A stretch of DNA of 64,000 nt from NCBI GenBank assembly GCA_030537565.1, contig JAUNVS010000001.1, positions 6,785 to 70,784 of the forward strand, given 5' to 3'. The notes under the pieces are model-generated. The model made no database searches. It worked only from the letters and a program-made list of their open reading frames with translations, and was not told the origin of the DNA. The stretch comes from Eubacteriales bacterium (GTDB taxonomy: Bacteria > Bacillota > Clostridia > Saccharofermentanales > Fastidiosipilaceae). The position numbers and the translations under genes were made by a program. Shown here piece after piece: positions 8,557 through 19,338 of the stretch (positions within the stretch are counted from its first letter, which is position 1; each line of letters opens with the position of its first letter).

Positions 8557-10527
8557 CTAAAATCGATGGATTTCCTGGTCCAGAACCCAAAGCGCCGATT
8601 GGCCAGGAACCCGATGACAAGAGCCATGGTATTCATAGCTGAACTCCGACTCACCACGGTTAATCACACAGAGGGCATAGGACGCACCTCGAATCCGTCG
8701 CCCAAACTGATCCTCACCGGCCTTAGAAAAGCGTTGGAAGACATAACAATCCCCCGCAGCATAGAGCCCCTGGTAATAGCCAGTTTGAAGAATCGTGTTG
8801 GCCATGCGAAGGGCCGCCATCTCGCGGATTGCGGACTGCATGGGATCGCCCGGATTAATCTGATCCGCGGGGAAGGTCTGACGGTTAAATGGATCGCCAT
8901 AGCCCTCCATAAGCAACTCATCGCCATAATAAATCGCTGGCATGCCTGGATAAGCGAGCTGCAGCGCCGCTGCCAGGATAAAACGCGTACGAGCCTGCTG
9001 CCGCTGCTTAAATGAGAGGCGCAAGACCGACTGACGAGCTCGATCACCTGGATCAGGATCCCCCGCCACGGCAGTTGCAAAACGGGCCGTGTCGTGCGAA
9101 GAGAGGAGGTTCATCGAAACAGCGAAGAACTCCGGTGGGTAATTTTCGCGAATACTCTCGAGTCGATCGTGAAGTTCATTCGCCGCGATCTCATTGCGAA
9201 AAAAGCGCAAGAGGGCATCCCGAAATGGATACCCCATGACTGAATCGTGTGTGCGACCACCGATAAAATCCCGATAATGACCGTAGGAAATCTTATTGGA
9301 TGCATCCTCCCAGACCTCGCCGAGGATGAGGGCCTCTGGATTCTCCTCCTTCACTGCACTGCGCAGATCACGGATAAAGTCATCTGGCAATTCATCCGAA
9401 ACATCCAGGCGAAATCCAGAGGCACCGAGGCGCAGCCAGTGGCGCAGAACCCCGAGGTCGCCCAGCATATACTCGCGGTAATTAAGATCATTTTCATTCA
9501 CCGAAGGTAATTCAGGGAAGCCCCACCAACAGTCATAACTGAGATCATTGCGTCCCAAATTCTCGAAGCTATACCACGAAAAATAGTCTGAAATCCCCTC
9601 GCCCATCGCATCCTGATAAGCACCAGTCGTCTCGAAGCGCCCATACTTATTAAAATAGATCGAATCGGCTCCGGTATGACTCATCGCGATATCGAGAATG
9701 ATTGAAATATTACGGACTGCCGCATCGGCACAGAGGCGCTGAAAACTCTGATTATTCCCGAGGAGCTGATCAACGACCATATAATCCGCCGCATCATAGC
9801 GATGATTCGATCGCGCCTTAAAAATTGGATTCAAGTAGAGTACCGAGACCCCTAGTTCCTGAAAATAGTCGAGGGACTCACGAATGCCCTCAAGACTGCC
9901 ACCAAAAAAGTCGAGAGCGAGATAGCCGCGACCCCCGAGGCCTCGAAAATCAACGGGCTCCGAAAAATCGCGGTGGATAATCCGCTCTGGATCCGCCCCC
10001 AGGGCCTCTAGACGCTTCTCCCAGTCGGCATCCCTGGCAAAACGATCTGGAAAAATCTGGTATAAAATCTTCCCCTTAAAGGAATCAGGACTCTTACTCT
10101 CCGGATCATAAAGCGTGATCTGAAATGGCTTGCGCTCTTCATCGCGCTGTTCATAAAAGGGCGCCTGCTTAGAAATATAAGCCTCTCCCGAGTAACCCGG
10201 GGAATTCAAAACGTAGAGGACCTCGCCACTACGCATGCATAGTCGGAAACTGTAATAGAGCAGTCCTCGACTGGCTGGGACTCGCAGTTTCATGTGATAT
10301 TCGTAGGCACCCTGCGGACATCTTGGAATGCTTTTTTTCTCAGAAGATGGCTTAAGTCGACTCGCTCCCCCCATGAATTCGCGAAGACCATAGACATAGT
10401 CTAGATATACTCGCTCTGGCAGCTCCTCGCTATCGAGGAAGAGGGAGAGATCAACATAGGAATTCTCCGCCGCTGCACCAAAGGGACTCCGGCAGTAACT
10501 GTCGCGGCTATTGTGATAAATCTGCAT
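8557..10527 (-). CDS. GH13 alpha-amylase-family glycosidase (neopullulanase/cyclomaltodextrinase-like)
   Basis: GH13 signature regions are present: GFRLDVSDELP, GEVWED, LLSSHDTAR and YYGDE. The start is set at MQIYHNS because of an AAAGAGGA RBS; the ORF-track ATG at 10578 has no RBS. Confidence 0.8.
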   Translation of the reverse strand: MQIYHNSRDSYCRSPFGAAAENSYVDLSLFLDSEELPERVYLDYVYGLREFMGGASRLKPSSEKKSIPRCPQGAYEYHMKLRVPASRGLLYYSFRLCMRSGEVLYVLNSPGYSGEAYISKQAPFYEQRDEERKPFQITLYDPESKSPDSFKGKILYQIFPDRFARDADWEKRLEALGADPERIIHRDFSEPVDFRGLGGRGYLALDFFGGSLEGIRESLDYFQELGVSVLYLNPIFKARSNHRYDAADYMVVDQLLGNNQSFQRLCADAAVRNISIILDIAMSHTGADSIYFNKYGRFETTGAYQDAMGEGISDYFSWYSFENLGRNDLSYDCWWGFPELPSVNENDLNYREYMLGDLGVLRHWLRLGASGFRLDVSDELPDDFIRDLRSAVKEENPEALILGEVWEDASNKISYGHYRDFIGGRTHDSVMGYPFRDALLRFFRNEIAANELHDRLESIRENYPPEFFAVSMNLLSSHDTARFATAVAGDPDPGDRARQSVLRLSFKQRQQARTRFILAAALQLAYPGMPAIYYGDELLMEGYGDPFNRQTFPADQINPGDPMQSAIREMAALRMANTILQTGYYQGLYAAGDCYVFQRFSKAGEDQFGRRIRGASYALCVINRGESEFSYEYHGSCHRVPGQSALWVLDQEIHRF

Positions 10528-10604
10528 GCAATCCTCTTTCACAAGCTTCTTGACCCAGCAATAATAGCAGAAAGCCATAGGAGGCTCACCCTAATCCAGC
10601 GCAT

Positions 10605-10638
10605 TGGGAAAAACAAAAGCTCCGCCATGGCGGAGCTT
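10605..10638 (-). terminator. Intrinsic terminator after glgA
   Basis: Minus strand reads AAGCTCCGCC-ATGG overlap-GGCGGAGCTT followed by TTTTGTTTTT. Confidence 0.6.
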
Positions 10639-10661
10639 AAACTACATAGGTACGGGGCATC

Positions 10662-12146
10662 CTATCCAATCAGATCGTGATAGCGCTGGATATAAGCCTC
10701 AGCAGAACGGGTCCAACTGAAGTCTTCGGACATCGCAGTTTGTACCAAATGCTCCCAGATCTTCGGATCCTCGGAGCGATAGATCTCGAGGGCGCGATTG
10801 GTCGTAAAGAGAAGTTCATGGGCATTGATATTTGCAAAAGAGAAGCCTGTCCCCTCACCCGTGTACTGATTGTATGGAATCACGCTATCTCGCAAGCCAC
10901 CCGTCTCACGAACGATCGGAATGCTACCGTAACGCATGGCGATCATCTGCGAGAGGCCACAGGGCTCGAAAAGCGAAGGCATCAGGAAGAGATCACTGGC
11001 CGCATAGAGTCGATTCGAAAGTGCTCGATCAAAGAAGATGCAGGCACGGAAACGGTCTGGATAGCGCGCTTCGAGACGGCGGAGAGCCTCCTCATAGTGA
11101 TACTCACCAGTGCCCAAGACCACCATCTGAATGTCCTGACTCATCAGTTCTTCAGCGATGTGGAGGAAGAGGTCAAGCCCCTTTTGCTCGACAAGCCGAG
11201 TGATCATCGAAAGCAGGGGGCGCTTCGAAACATCGAAGCCCAGCTCGCGCTGGACGGCTTCCTTACACGCAGCCTTACCAGACTTGGCCGTTTTCACACT
11301 GTAGTTCTGTGGTAATTCAGGATCCGTTTCAGGATTGTAGTGTTCGACATCAATCCCATTAAGTATTCCATGGATCTTATGAGAGAAGGATCTTAGGACC
11401 CCCTCGAGGCCTTCGCCGTAATAATCGTTGAAGATTTCCTGGGCATAGGATGGGGATACGGTCGTGACCTCATCCGCATAGACGATCCCCGCCTTCATCA
11501 TATTCGGGACGCCATCTTTTAGGACACCATATTCCGTCAGATAGGAGTTCGGCAGATCACAGAAGTCAGCAATTCGCTCGAGACCATGGATTCCCTGGTA
11601 GCGAAGATTGTGGATGGTGAATACCGTCTTCAACTTCTCGAGGTAACCATAGGGACGATAATGGGCATCGATGAGGCAGGGAATCAGCCCCGTCTGCCAG
11701 TCGTTACAATGGAGAATATCAGGACTGAAGTCCATCGGCAGACCGATAACTTCGAGAACTGCTCTCTGGAAGAAACAAAAGCGCTCGATATCAAAGGCGT
11801 AGTCTTTATAAATCTCCTCATGACCAAAGTAATATTCATTGTCGATGAAATAATAGGTCACGCCATCGCGTTCGAGGCGAAAGAGTCCTGAATAGAGGGA
11901 ACGCCACCCCATGCGGATCATCGACCAGCGGACAAACTGTAACTCTGGCCCAAATTTCTCACGAACACAGCGATAGAGGGGCAGAATAACACGTGCGTCG
12001 ATTCCTTTTTGGACGAGGAACTTAGGTAAGGCCCCCATAACGTCGGCTAAGCCACCCGTCTGAGCAAATGGAGCCACCTCACTGGCGACAAAGAGTATTT
12101 TCATCGTTTCGTTCGCTTGCTGCGTGATCTTGTCGTAAGCCTCCAT
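10662..12146 (-). CDS. glgA: Glycogen synthase
   Basis: KILFVASEVAPFAQTGGLADV is the GlgA N-terminal motif. Its ATG overlaps the glgD stop (TAATG). An alternative start is M15 at 12104. Confidence 0.9.
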   Translation of the reverse strand: MEAYDKITQQANETMKILFVASEVAPFAQTGGLADVMGALPKFLVQKGIDARVILPLYRCVREKFGPELQFVRWSMIRMGWRSLYSGLFRLERDGVTYYFIDNEYYFGHEEIYKDYAFDIERFCFFQRAVLEVIGLPMDFSPDILHCNDWQTGLIPCLIDAHYRPYGYLEKLKTVFTIHNLRYQGIHGLERIADFCDLPNSYLTEYGVLKDGVPNMMKAGIVYADEVTTVSPSYAQEIFNDYYGEGLEGVLRSFSHKIHGILNGIDVEHYNPETDPELPQNYSVKTAKSGKAACKEAVQRELGFDVSKRPLLSMITRLVEQKGLDLFLHIAEELMSQDIQMVVLGTGEYHYEEALRRLEARYPDRFRACIFFDRALSNRLYAASDLFLMPSLFEPCGLSQMIAMRYGSIPIVRETGGLRDSVIPYNQYTGEGTGFSFANINAHELLFTTNRALEIYRSEDPKIWEHLVQTAMSEDFSWTRSAEAYIQRYHDLIG

Positions 12147-13252
12147 TAGACGATCGCTCCTTTCCCTATGACCATAGGATACTGTTCCTGTCCGATCAGC
12201 TTAATGCCAGGACGGATAATGCAATTTTTATCGATGATAACATTCTCAAGTTCACACGCTTCAGAAATGTAGGTATTCTGGAAAACGATGCAGTTTTTCA
12301 AACGGGCCGACTTAGCGACTGTCACGCCGCGGAAGAGCATCGAGTGGCGAATCTCCCCATCGATGAGACAGCCATCACTAATCATCGAATCTTGAACGTA
12401 GGCATCAGCAGTATAGATTGTCGGCGCCTCATCCTTTACCTTCGTGTAGACGGGACAACTACCATGATAAAGGGCCTCCTGATAGCGCTCCTCGAGCGAG
12501 AGCATCGTCGATCGGAAATACGAAGCGATATCGTTAATGTACATAACGGGGGCACGGTACTCAAAACCGCGCACATCGAGATGATCACACTGACGCAGCA
12601 GATAAGCTAAGGTGAAGACATTAAGCCCACGGCTGATCCCCTCACTGATGAGGTCTACAAAACGCTGACGACGAATGACGATTACACCGAGGCTCCGATA
12701 ATCACTGACGGGTCGAGCCGGATTCTGGTAAACCGACTTCACTCGCAACTGACGATCCATATCGAGGATTAAATTCGGCTCACCGCCCTCGCTACCATCG
12801 CGGTTAAAGAGAACGGTAATATCGGCGTCACTCTCCTCATGAGCTCGGATCATATCGTTATAGGTCATCGTCATCAGGACATCCGAGCGCGTGATCACCA
12901 TGTATTCCTGACTGGCATGGCGGAAAAAGTGGAGGATGGCGAGGAGGTCGTCGGCTTCTCCCGTATAGGTGTCGGTACTGATATAGGGTGCGAGAATCGA
13001 GAGCCCCTGATTCTTACGATCCAAATCCCAGGGACTTCCAGTTCCGAGATGATCCATGAGGGACTTATATTTCGTGAATGTAGAGATTCCGATCGTATTG
13101 ATCCCGCTGTGAACCATGTTCGAAAGATTAAAGTCGATGAGGCGGTAACGCCCACCAAAAGGAATCGCCGATAGCGCACGCGGTCGGGTCAACTCACCGA
13201 GGAGAATTTTAGGATCATCTGCCAAGATCAGACCAATGGCTTTTGAAATCAT
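12146..13252 (-). CDS. glgD: Glucose-1-phosphate adenylyltransferase subunit GlgD
   Basis: 368 aa paralog of GlgC without the GGxGxRL motif (it has ILADDPKILLGELT...). It sits between glgC and glgA as in Bacilli. Confidence 0.85.
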   Translation of the reverse strand: MISKAIGLILADDPKILLGELTRPRALSAIPFGGRYRLIDFNLSNMVHSGINTIGISTFTKYKSLMDHLGTGSPWDLDRKNQGLSILAPYISTDTYTGEADDLLAILHFFRHASQEYMVITRSDVLMTMTYNDMIRAHEESDADITVLFNRDGSEGGEPNLILDMDRQLRVKSVYQNPARPVSDYRSLGVIVIRRQRFVDLISEGISRGLNVFTLAYLLRQCDHLDVRGFEYRAPVMYINDIASYFRSTMLSLEERYQEALYHGSCPVYTKVKDEAPTIYTADAYVQDSMISDGCLIDGEIRHSMLFRGVTVAKSARLKNCIVFQNTYISEACELENVIIDKNCIIRPGIKLIGQEQYPMVIGKGAIV

Positions 13253-13262
13253 GATGGCCTCC

Positions 13263-14525
13263 TTACCAAACGTTGTGAATTTCTTCGATCACATTCTTCG
13301 ATGGATCGAGATGGGGCAATAAGTCGACCATCGCATTGCCTGGAACTTGGACATTTGCTTTGATCGTGAGACCATGGTTGAAGACCGTGATCCCCTCTGT
13401 GCAATATTTATTGATGTAGGGGTTGTCTGGCTCTTCGATAAAAGCACCTGCTGCAACCCCATCAGAGATGTGTGTATATAGGCCTACGATGCATTTCTCG
13501 AGATGACAATTTCGTCCGATGTGAGCGCCAGGCATAAGAACACAATCTTTTACGACAGCCCCCTCTTCGACGACAACGCTATGGCCTAGGATCGAATGCG
13601 ATACCTCGCCATAGATTCGGCAACCATCGGTCATGCACGAACTCTTAACGCTGGCATTTTTTGCAATGAAGTGGGCGGGTTTAACTGGATTTCGCGAATA
13701 GATGCGCCATTCGGGATCGCGGAAGTTAATCTCGTCTGGGTGATCGAGAAGATCCATATGGGATTCCCAGAGACTCGATATCGTACCGACATCCTTCCAA
13801 TAGCCGGAGAAACGATAAGCCTGTACCTTCATTCCCTTAGAGATTAGCATCGGGATAATATTCTTACCAAAGTCATGGGATGACGAACTATCATCGTTAT
13901 CCATGATCAACGAACGACGCAGCTGTGGCCACGAGAAGATGTAGATTCCCATCGAAGCGAGATTGCTCTTCGCATTCGCTGGTTTCTCCTCGAACTCGAC
14001 AATCCGATCGGTCTCATCAGTATTCATAATGCCGAAGCGGTAGGTCTCAGACCACGGCACCTCAAGTACGGCAATCGTGCAATCCGCCTTAGAGGCCAGG
14101 TGGGTTTCAAGCATCGCCTCATAGTTCATCTTGTAGATGTGGTCGCCCGAGAGAATGAGGACATAATTTGGATTGTAGTTGTCGATGAAGCCAATATTCT
14201 GAAAAATCGCGTTCGCCGTATTCGTATACCAATCGCTACCGTCGATATTCTGATAAGGAGGCAGAATAAAGGCACCACCATTATTACGATCGAGGTCCCA
14301 CGGATGACCATTGCCAACATAGGTGTTCAACTCGAGGGGCTGATACTGTGTCAGAACCCCAACCGTATCAATCCCTGAATTCGTGCAGTTACTCAACGGA
14401 AAATCGATTATTCGATAGCGGCTGCCAAAGGGAATCGCTGGTTTTGCCATCGTGTTGGTCAAAACCCCCAGACGCGAGCCCTGGCCCCCCGCCAGGATCA
14501 TTGCAATCATTTCCTTCTTGGCCAT
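13263..14525 (-). CDS. glgC: Glucose-1-phosphate adenylyltransferase
   Basis: [43 protein letters not shown] is the canonical GlgC N-terminus. Confidence 0.92.
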   Translation of the reverse strand: MAKKEMIAMILAGGQGSRLGVLTNTMAKPAIPFGSRYRIIDFPLSNCTNSGIDTVGVLTQYQPLELNTYVGNGHPWDLDRNNGGAFILPPYQNIDGSDWYTNTANAIFQNIGFIDNYNPNYVLILSGDHIYKMNYEAMLETHLASKADCTIAVLEVPWSETYRFGIMNTDETDRIVEFEEKPANAKSNLASMGIYIFSWPQLRRSLIMDNDDSSSSHDFGKNIIPMLISKGMKVQAYRFSGYWKDVGTISSLWESHMDLLDHPDEINFRDPEWRIYSRNPVKPAHFIAKNASVKSSCMTDGCRIYGEVSHSILGHSVVVEEGAVVKDCVLMPGAHIGRNCHLEKCIVGLYTHISDGVAAGAFIEEPDNPYINKYCTEGITVFNHGLTIKANVQVPGNAMVDLLPHLDPSKNVIEEIHNVW

Positions 14526-14847
14526 AGATACCTCCTACAGGACGCGAAACAGCAGGATCACTGGCTCTAACGCGTATTTTGTTCATATTATATCGTTATT
14601 TCACGTTTTTTCTAGCAAGAAAAAGCGAATTGCACAAACAAAATGTGTTGTTTCTCCCGATTATCTTCAGCTGGCCTGAGATTTCACGGTGCATAAAGGC
14701 TCTAGCTGTCTAGTTAAAACTTGATCTCAAGCCAGACCATCTGGAATTCGCCCAGCGATTCCGCTAGAGTATCGTTTTACTCAATGATTCTCAGCTCTCG
14801 TCTGGGGCCAATTTGTCCCACAATCACACAGCTTAGTCGAGGTCTAC

Positions 14848-16203
14848 ATGCCAGGAACGAAGTCTAAAAGCAAAGAACTAAATCTCCTCGAGGGGGATAT
14901 TCTCTCGAGCATCTTCCGCCTTTCAGCCCCGATCATGCTCGGGGCTCTCCTCCAGACTGTTTATACGATGACCGATATGTTCTGGGTCGGTCGCCTCGGC
15001 GACCTCGAAGTCGCTTCGGTTGGAACCTGTGGCATGATCCTCTGGTTTACCCAGGGACTTCTCAACGCCCCCAAGGTGGGTGGACAAGTGTTCACGGGGC
15101 AGAGTCTTGGAGCTCAACAGCTAAAATCCGCAAGAAAATACTGCCGTAACTCACTTCAGTTAACGGCCCTCTTCAGTCTCGCCATCTCCCTCGTCCTCCT
15201 CATCGGACGCTACCAAGTCCGGGCCATCTTTGACTTTAGTAACCCAGTAACCCAGGCGAGCTTCATGGATTACTACCTGGTCGTCATCGGCGGCCTCATC
15301 TTTACAGCCCTGCCGCCGATGTGTGCCTCCCTCCTCACCGCTTCCGGTGACACGCGGACTCCCTTTATCGTCACCCTGATCGGATTGGGAACCAATATGC
15401 TCCTCGATCCACTGATGATCCTCCACTTTTCCTGGGGCGTTCGAGGGGCAGCGATCGCAACCATTTGCTCACAGGCTCTACAGGTATTCATCTACTATCT
15501 CTACATACACCGCCGTGAACTCTTCACGAAGATGCGCCCCCTCTCCCTACTGGACTCAAATGCCTGTCGAGAGATCCTCAAACTCGGTGCGCCCTCTTCC
15601 CTGATGAACATCTTCTATGCAGGAACCAGCATCGCCCTCGCCCGAATCGTCTCGGGATTTGGCGATATGGCAATTGCAGGACAGCGCATCGGCACCAACG
15701 TCGAGAGTATTTCCTACTCTGGCGCCGAGGGTTTCGCCCTCGCCCTCTCCGCCCTGCTTGCACAGAACTATGGAGCCAAACAGTATCGTCGCAGTCGAGA
15801 AATCTATCGAAAGGGACTATTCCTCATCTTCCTTTTCTCCTGTTTTACCAGTTTCCTCCTCTTCTTCTTCGGACGTAATTTTGCTCAATTGTTCCTAAGC
15901 CAACCTGAATCGATTGAACACTGCAGCAACTATCTTCGTATCCTCAGCTACAGTCAGCTCTTCATGAATCTAGAGATTATCCTCGTCGCCGCCTTCGCCG
16001 CATTGGGCAATACCTTTACCCCAGCCGTAATCGTCACCTTCATCATGTTCTTGCGCGTTCCGATCGCCTACTTCCTGTCGCGCACGAATCTAGGCGCGAC
16101 GGGTATCTGGTGGTCAATCTCAGGCACCTCGATGATGAAAGGTGCGATTCTCTATCTCATCTTTGATCAGTTCCAGCGCCGCCGCTTACGGGAGCCGTTC
16201 TAA
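14848..16203 (+). CDS. MATE family efflux transporter
   Basis: 451 aa, polytopic and hydrophobic. The MATE-like N-terminus reads ...PIMLGALLQTVYTMTDMFWVGRLG. Confidence 0.85.
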   Translation: MPGTKSKSKELNLLEGDILSSIFRLSAPIMLGALLQTVYTMTDMFWVGRLGDLEVASVGTCGMILWFTQGLLNAPKVGGQVFTGQSLGAQQLKSARKYCRNSLQLTALFSLAISLVLLIGRYQVRAIFDFSNPVTQASFMDYYLVVIGGLIFTALPPMCASLLTASGDTRTPFIVTLIGLGTNMLLDPLMILHFSWGVRGAAIATICSQALQVFIYYLYIHRRELFTKMRPLSLLDSNACREILKLGAPSSLMNIFYAGTSIALARIVSGFGDMAIAGQRIGTNVESISYSGAEGFALALSALLAQNYGAKQYRRSREIYRKGLFLIFLFSCFTSFLLFFFGRNFAQLFLSQPESIEHCSNYLRILSYSQLFMNLEIILVAAFAALGNTFTPAVIVTFIMFLRVPIAYFLSRTNLGATGIWWSISGTSMMKGAILYLIFDQFQRRRLREPF

Positions 16204-17246
16204 TGTCATATCCAATTCCCAACTATGATTTCAAAAAAGCACTGTCCTATCCCTGCCATTACCACGCCCCTGAATTGCTCAGTGATTTTCAGAAACTCGC
16301 ACTCGATCCCGACTCTCCCCTATTTCGTGATGCCCCCTGGTCTGAGGATTTTCAGGACATCGAAGGCGAAAATAAAGCCAAGCCTCGCTTTCGAACTCGC
16401 TTTAAGGCGGTATGGACTACGACAGGGATTTACTTCCTGGCCCTCCTCGAAGGTGAGGAAGTCTGGGCCTACGTCGAAACCCACGACGGCGTGATCTTCC
16501 AAGATAACGACTTTGAAATCTTCATCGACCCAGACGATGACAGTTGCGCCTACATCGAGTTCGAAATCAATGCAAAAAACGTTGTCTGGGACCTCCTCCT
16601 CACGCGTCCCTATCGCAATCGCGGACTGGCACTCAACTCATTTGAGATCAAAGGCCTGCAGACGCGGACGCAGGTCTTCTACCGCGAGGATGGGCGGGCC
16701 CGTGACTGGCGCTGCCTCGTCTACATCCCCTTTCGCAGCATTGAAGAAGTCTGTCAGGGACGCTTCAAGCTGCCAAACAGCAGCCAGCGCTTTCGGATCA
16801 ACTTCTCACGAGTTCATTGGAATACTGAGATTAAAGACGGCCACTACCAGAAACTAAGAGCTAGCGATGGCAAAATCTTGCCCGAAGAAAATTGGGTCTG
16901 GAGTCCTCAGGGACTCATCAATATGCACTATCCGGAGATGTGGGGCTGCTTCATCTTTTATGACCAAGAGGGAAACCCCATCGGAGATCCCCTCTTCCCC
17001 AATCAGTCAGATCTCGAGCGTTTCCTACTGCGGCAGATTTGGTACGAAGCCCAGAAAATCTATGCGAGCGAAGGCCAATTCCGACTCAGCCTCGAAGATC
17101 TCCAGGGAAAAGACTGGATCCTCCCCCTCGACCCCGCCGCCGTCGAGCTCCATGCCGACGGAGAACACCTACTGATCGCACTCAAGGGGCAGTCTTCTAC
17201 TTGGCTCGAAATCGACCGCGAAGGTGAGATCCGTCATCGCGCCTGA
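16203..17246 (+). CDS. Carbohydrate-binding family 9 (CBM9/DOMON)-like protein, function unknown
   Basis: 347 aa with no signal peptide. The segment DNDFEIFIDPDDDSCAYIEFEINAKNVVWDLLL resembles CBM9-like proteins. Its ATG overlaps the MATE stop (TAATG). Confidence 0.55.
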   Translation: MSYPIPNYDFKKALSYPCHYHAPELLSDFQKLALDPDSPLFRDAPWSEDFQDIEGENKAKPRFRTRFKAVWTTTGIYFLALLEGEEVWAYVETHDGVIFQDNDFEIFIDPDDDSCAYIEFEINAKNVVWDLLLTRPYRNRGLALNSFEIKGLQTRTQVFYREDGRARDWRCLVYIPFRSIEEVCQGRFKLPNSSQRFRINFSRVHWNTEIKDGHYQKLRASDGKILPEENWVWSPQGLINMHYPEMWGCFIFYDQEGNPIGDPLFPNQSDLERFLLRQIWYEAQKIYASEGQFRLSLEDLQGKDWILPLDPAAVELHADGEHLLIALKGQSSTWLEIDREGEIRHRA

Positions 17247-18301
17247 GACGTCAAACGGCGGTAAGCCGCCGAAATGGCGATGACCTCCTCCTCAGTCGTA
17301 ACGACATGCCCCATTTCACTTAAGACAGTCAATCGCACGCTCTTAAGCCGTTTCAAGTTCTCAATGAGATGAAGTGGACAGAGCTGGTCGAGGGCACCGT
17401 GAACAATTTCAGTCCGAGGCCAGGTCTCTCGCAGGTCCCAGAGGGCCTTTGGAATCTTCCCCTCTTCCATAAAACAGGCAGAGCGCATGTAGTGCCAGAA
17501 TAATTCAAGTGACTCCAGCTCAGCGGCCTCAAAACTGCGCTGATCGGCCTCGCTCATCTCCGCTTCAAGTAAGTCCAGTCCCCAGAATTTGCGTAGATTG
17601 AGCGGAGAAAGCAGGGCCAACTCATAGGCTTTATAACTACGCATCGCAGCGCATTTCAAAGCTATATCAGAGCTCGATAAAGCGGCCTCAAGTCGCCCCA
17701 TCAGCATCGCCGCATCGACAGCATCTACATCACTGCATAAGGCAGCAGGTAAGGCATAGGGGCGAATATCGAGGGTCTGCGTCAACCCCTCGAGTTCTAG
17801 ACGAAATCGTTGGTACTCTGGACTTCTAGGGCGGGCGAGGCCCAGCTTCGAAAATGGGGCAATAATCTCTGCGGCCGTCGCCATAAATACGGATCGCAAG
17901 CAAAAACCTCGAACTCGACTGGGAGCCGCTATGCCAGTGATGAGAGCGAGGCAGGCCCCCCATGATGAAGCGAAAAAGTAGGCGGATTCAATCCCCAGGG
18001 CATCGAGAACTGCGAGGGCATCTCCCATGAGATCCTGCGTCTGATTTGCTTCGAAGCGCTCCTGACATCGGGACATCCCACAAGCTCTCTGGTCAAAGCG
18101 GATGACAAAATCGTGTTCTGGATTGAAATAGCGCAGCGAAGACTCCGATGAAGCATCTCCAGGTCCACCGTGAAACAATAGAACCGGGGTCTTCGAGGCT
18201 GAGCCGTGCGCCGCATAATAAATTACATGACCATGATCGCGCTCAATAAATCCCGAACGCCGCTCCTGGGTCTGCCATCGATCCACACAGCTCATCTTCA
18301 T
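17234..18301 (-). CDS. Alpha/beta hydrolase, proline iminopeptidase family
   Basis: It has HGGPGDAS, DQRACGMS and the nucleophile elbow ASSWGACLAL (compare GGSWGSTLAL in Pip). Confidence 0.7.
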   Translation of the reverse strand: MKMSCVDRWQTQERRSGFIERDHGHVIYYAAHGSASKTPVLLFHGGPGDASSESSLRYFNPEHDFVIRFDQRACGMSRCQERFEANQTQDLMGDALAVLDALGIESAYFFASSWGACLALITGIAAPSRVRGFCLRSVFMATAAEIIAPFSKLGLARPRSPEYQRFRLELEGLTQTLDIRPYALPAALCSDVDAVDAAMLMGRLEAALSSSDIALKCAAMRSYKAYELALLSPLNLRKFWGLDLLEAEMSEADQRSFEAAELESLELFWHYMRSACFMEEGKIPKALWDLRETWPRTEIVHGALDQLCPLHLIENLKRLKSVRLTVLSEMGHVVTTEEEVIAISAAYRRLTSQAR

Positions 18302-18468
18302 CTCCTGTCCTTTAGCGAATTATCTGTCTCGGGATCCTATCATAATTGCCAATCAGCGTCTAAGTTAGCTGCACGATAAGAGGATTGCTTTGATCAATCG
18401 AGAAGAACTTAGAGACTGGAATCCATGCCTCGGGCATGCGATAATCGAAGCGCTTGGAGGAGGTTCCC

Positions 18469-19338
18469 ATGAGTTTAGTTATTATCAGTGGAATGAGTGG
18501 TGCTGGTAAGTCAAAAGTCGTCCAGAGTCTCGAGGATATGGCCTTCTTTTGCGTCGATAATGTCCCGCCACAACTGATGCCCAAATTTGCGGAACTACTC
18601 CAGATGAGCGATTGCCCAGTGCAGAAGATGGCCCTCGTCGTCGATGCCCGGGGAGGTCGCCTCTTCTCCGATTTCATTAAATCCTTCGATGAGTTGAAAC
18701 AGCTTCATAACGACGTGCGACTCCTGTTTATCGAAGCGGATGACGAGGTCCTCTTACGACGGTATAAAGAACAGCGACGCCGCCATCCGCTCGCAAGTCG
18801 CTGTAAGAACAATCTCAGTGAGGCAATCGCCGAGGAGCATAAACTGCTTAGTGCGATTCGCCAACGTGCTGATTTTATCGTTGACACCTCTCAAACAAAG
18901 GTATCCCAGCTACGTCAACGAATCCAGGAGATGTTTTCACAGGATCTCGAATGCCGCCTATTCCTCCGCTTTATCAGTTTTGGATTTAAAAATGGCTTAC
19001 CCAAAGAGGCCGACCTGGTCTACGATCTGCGTTGTCTCCCGAATCCGTTCTATATTAAGCCCTTGAAGAATAAGACGGGCTGCGACCAAGAAGTCTTCGA
19101 CTACATCTTCAACTCCGAGGTCAGTGAACAGTTTTACACAAAAATCCGAGACTTCATCGACTTCGGCTTAAAATATTATCAGCAGGAAGGGAAGCAGGAA
19201 CTGGTCGTCGCTTTTGGCTGTACGGGGGGAAAACATCGCTCTGTGGCGATGGCGGAACGCTTCTACCGCGACTACAGTGCCTCAGCACACCCCTGTACCC
19301 TGTTTCACCGCGATATAGAAAAGGACCAGTTCCTCTAA
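18469..19338 (+). CDS. rapZ: RNase adapter protein RapZ (YvcJ)
   Basis: MSLVIISGMSGAGKSKVVQSLEDMAFFCVDNVPP plus the C-terminal GCTGGKHRSV motif. ATG at 18469 follows a GGAGGAGG RBS; the ORF-track start is an upstream TTG. Confidence 0.88.
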   Translation: MSLVIISGMSGAGKSKVVQSLEDMAFFCVDNVPPQLMPKFAELLQMSDCPVQKMALVVDARGGRLFSDFIKSFDELKQLHNDVRLLFIEADDEVLLRRYKEQRRRHPLASRCKNNLSEAIAEEHKLLSAIRQRADFIVDTSQTKVSQLRQRIQEMFSQDLECRLFLRFISFGFKNGLPKEADLVYDLRCLPNPFYIKPLKNKTGCDQEVFDYIFNSEVSEQFYTKIRDFIDFGLKYYQQEGKQELVVAFGCTGGKHRSVAMAERFYRDYSASAHPCTLFHRDIEKDQFL

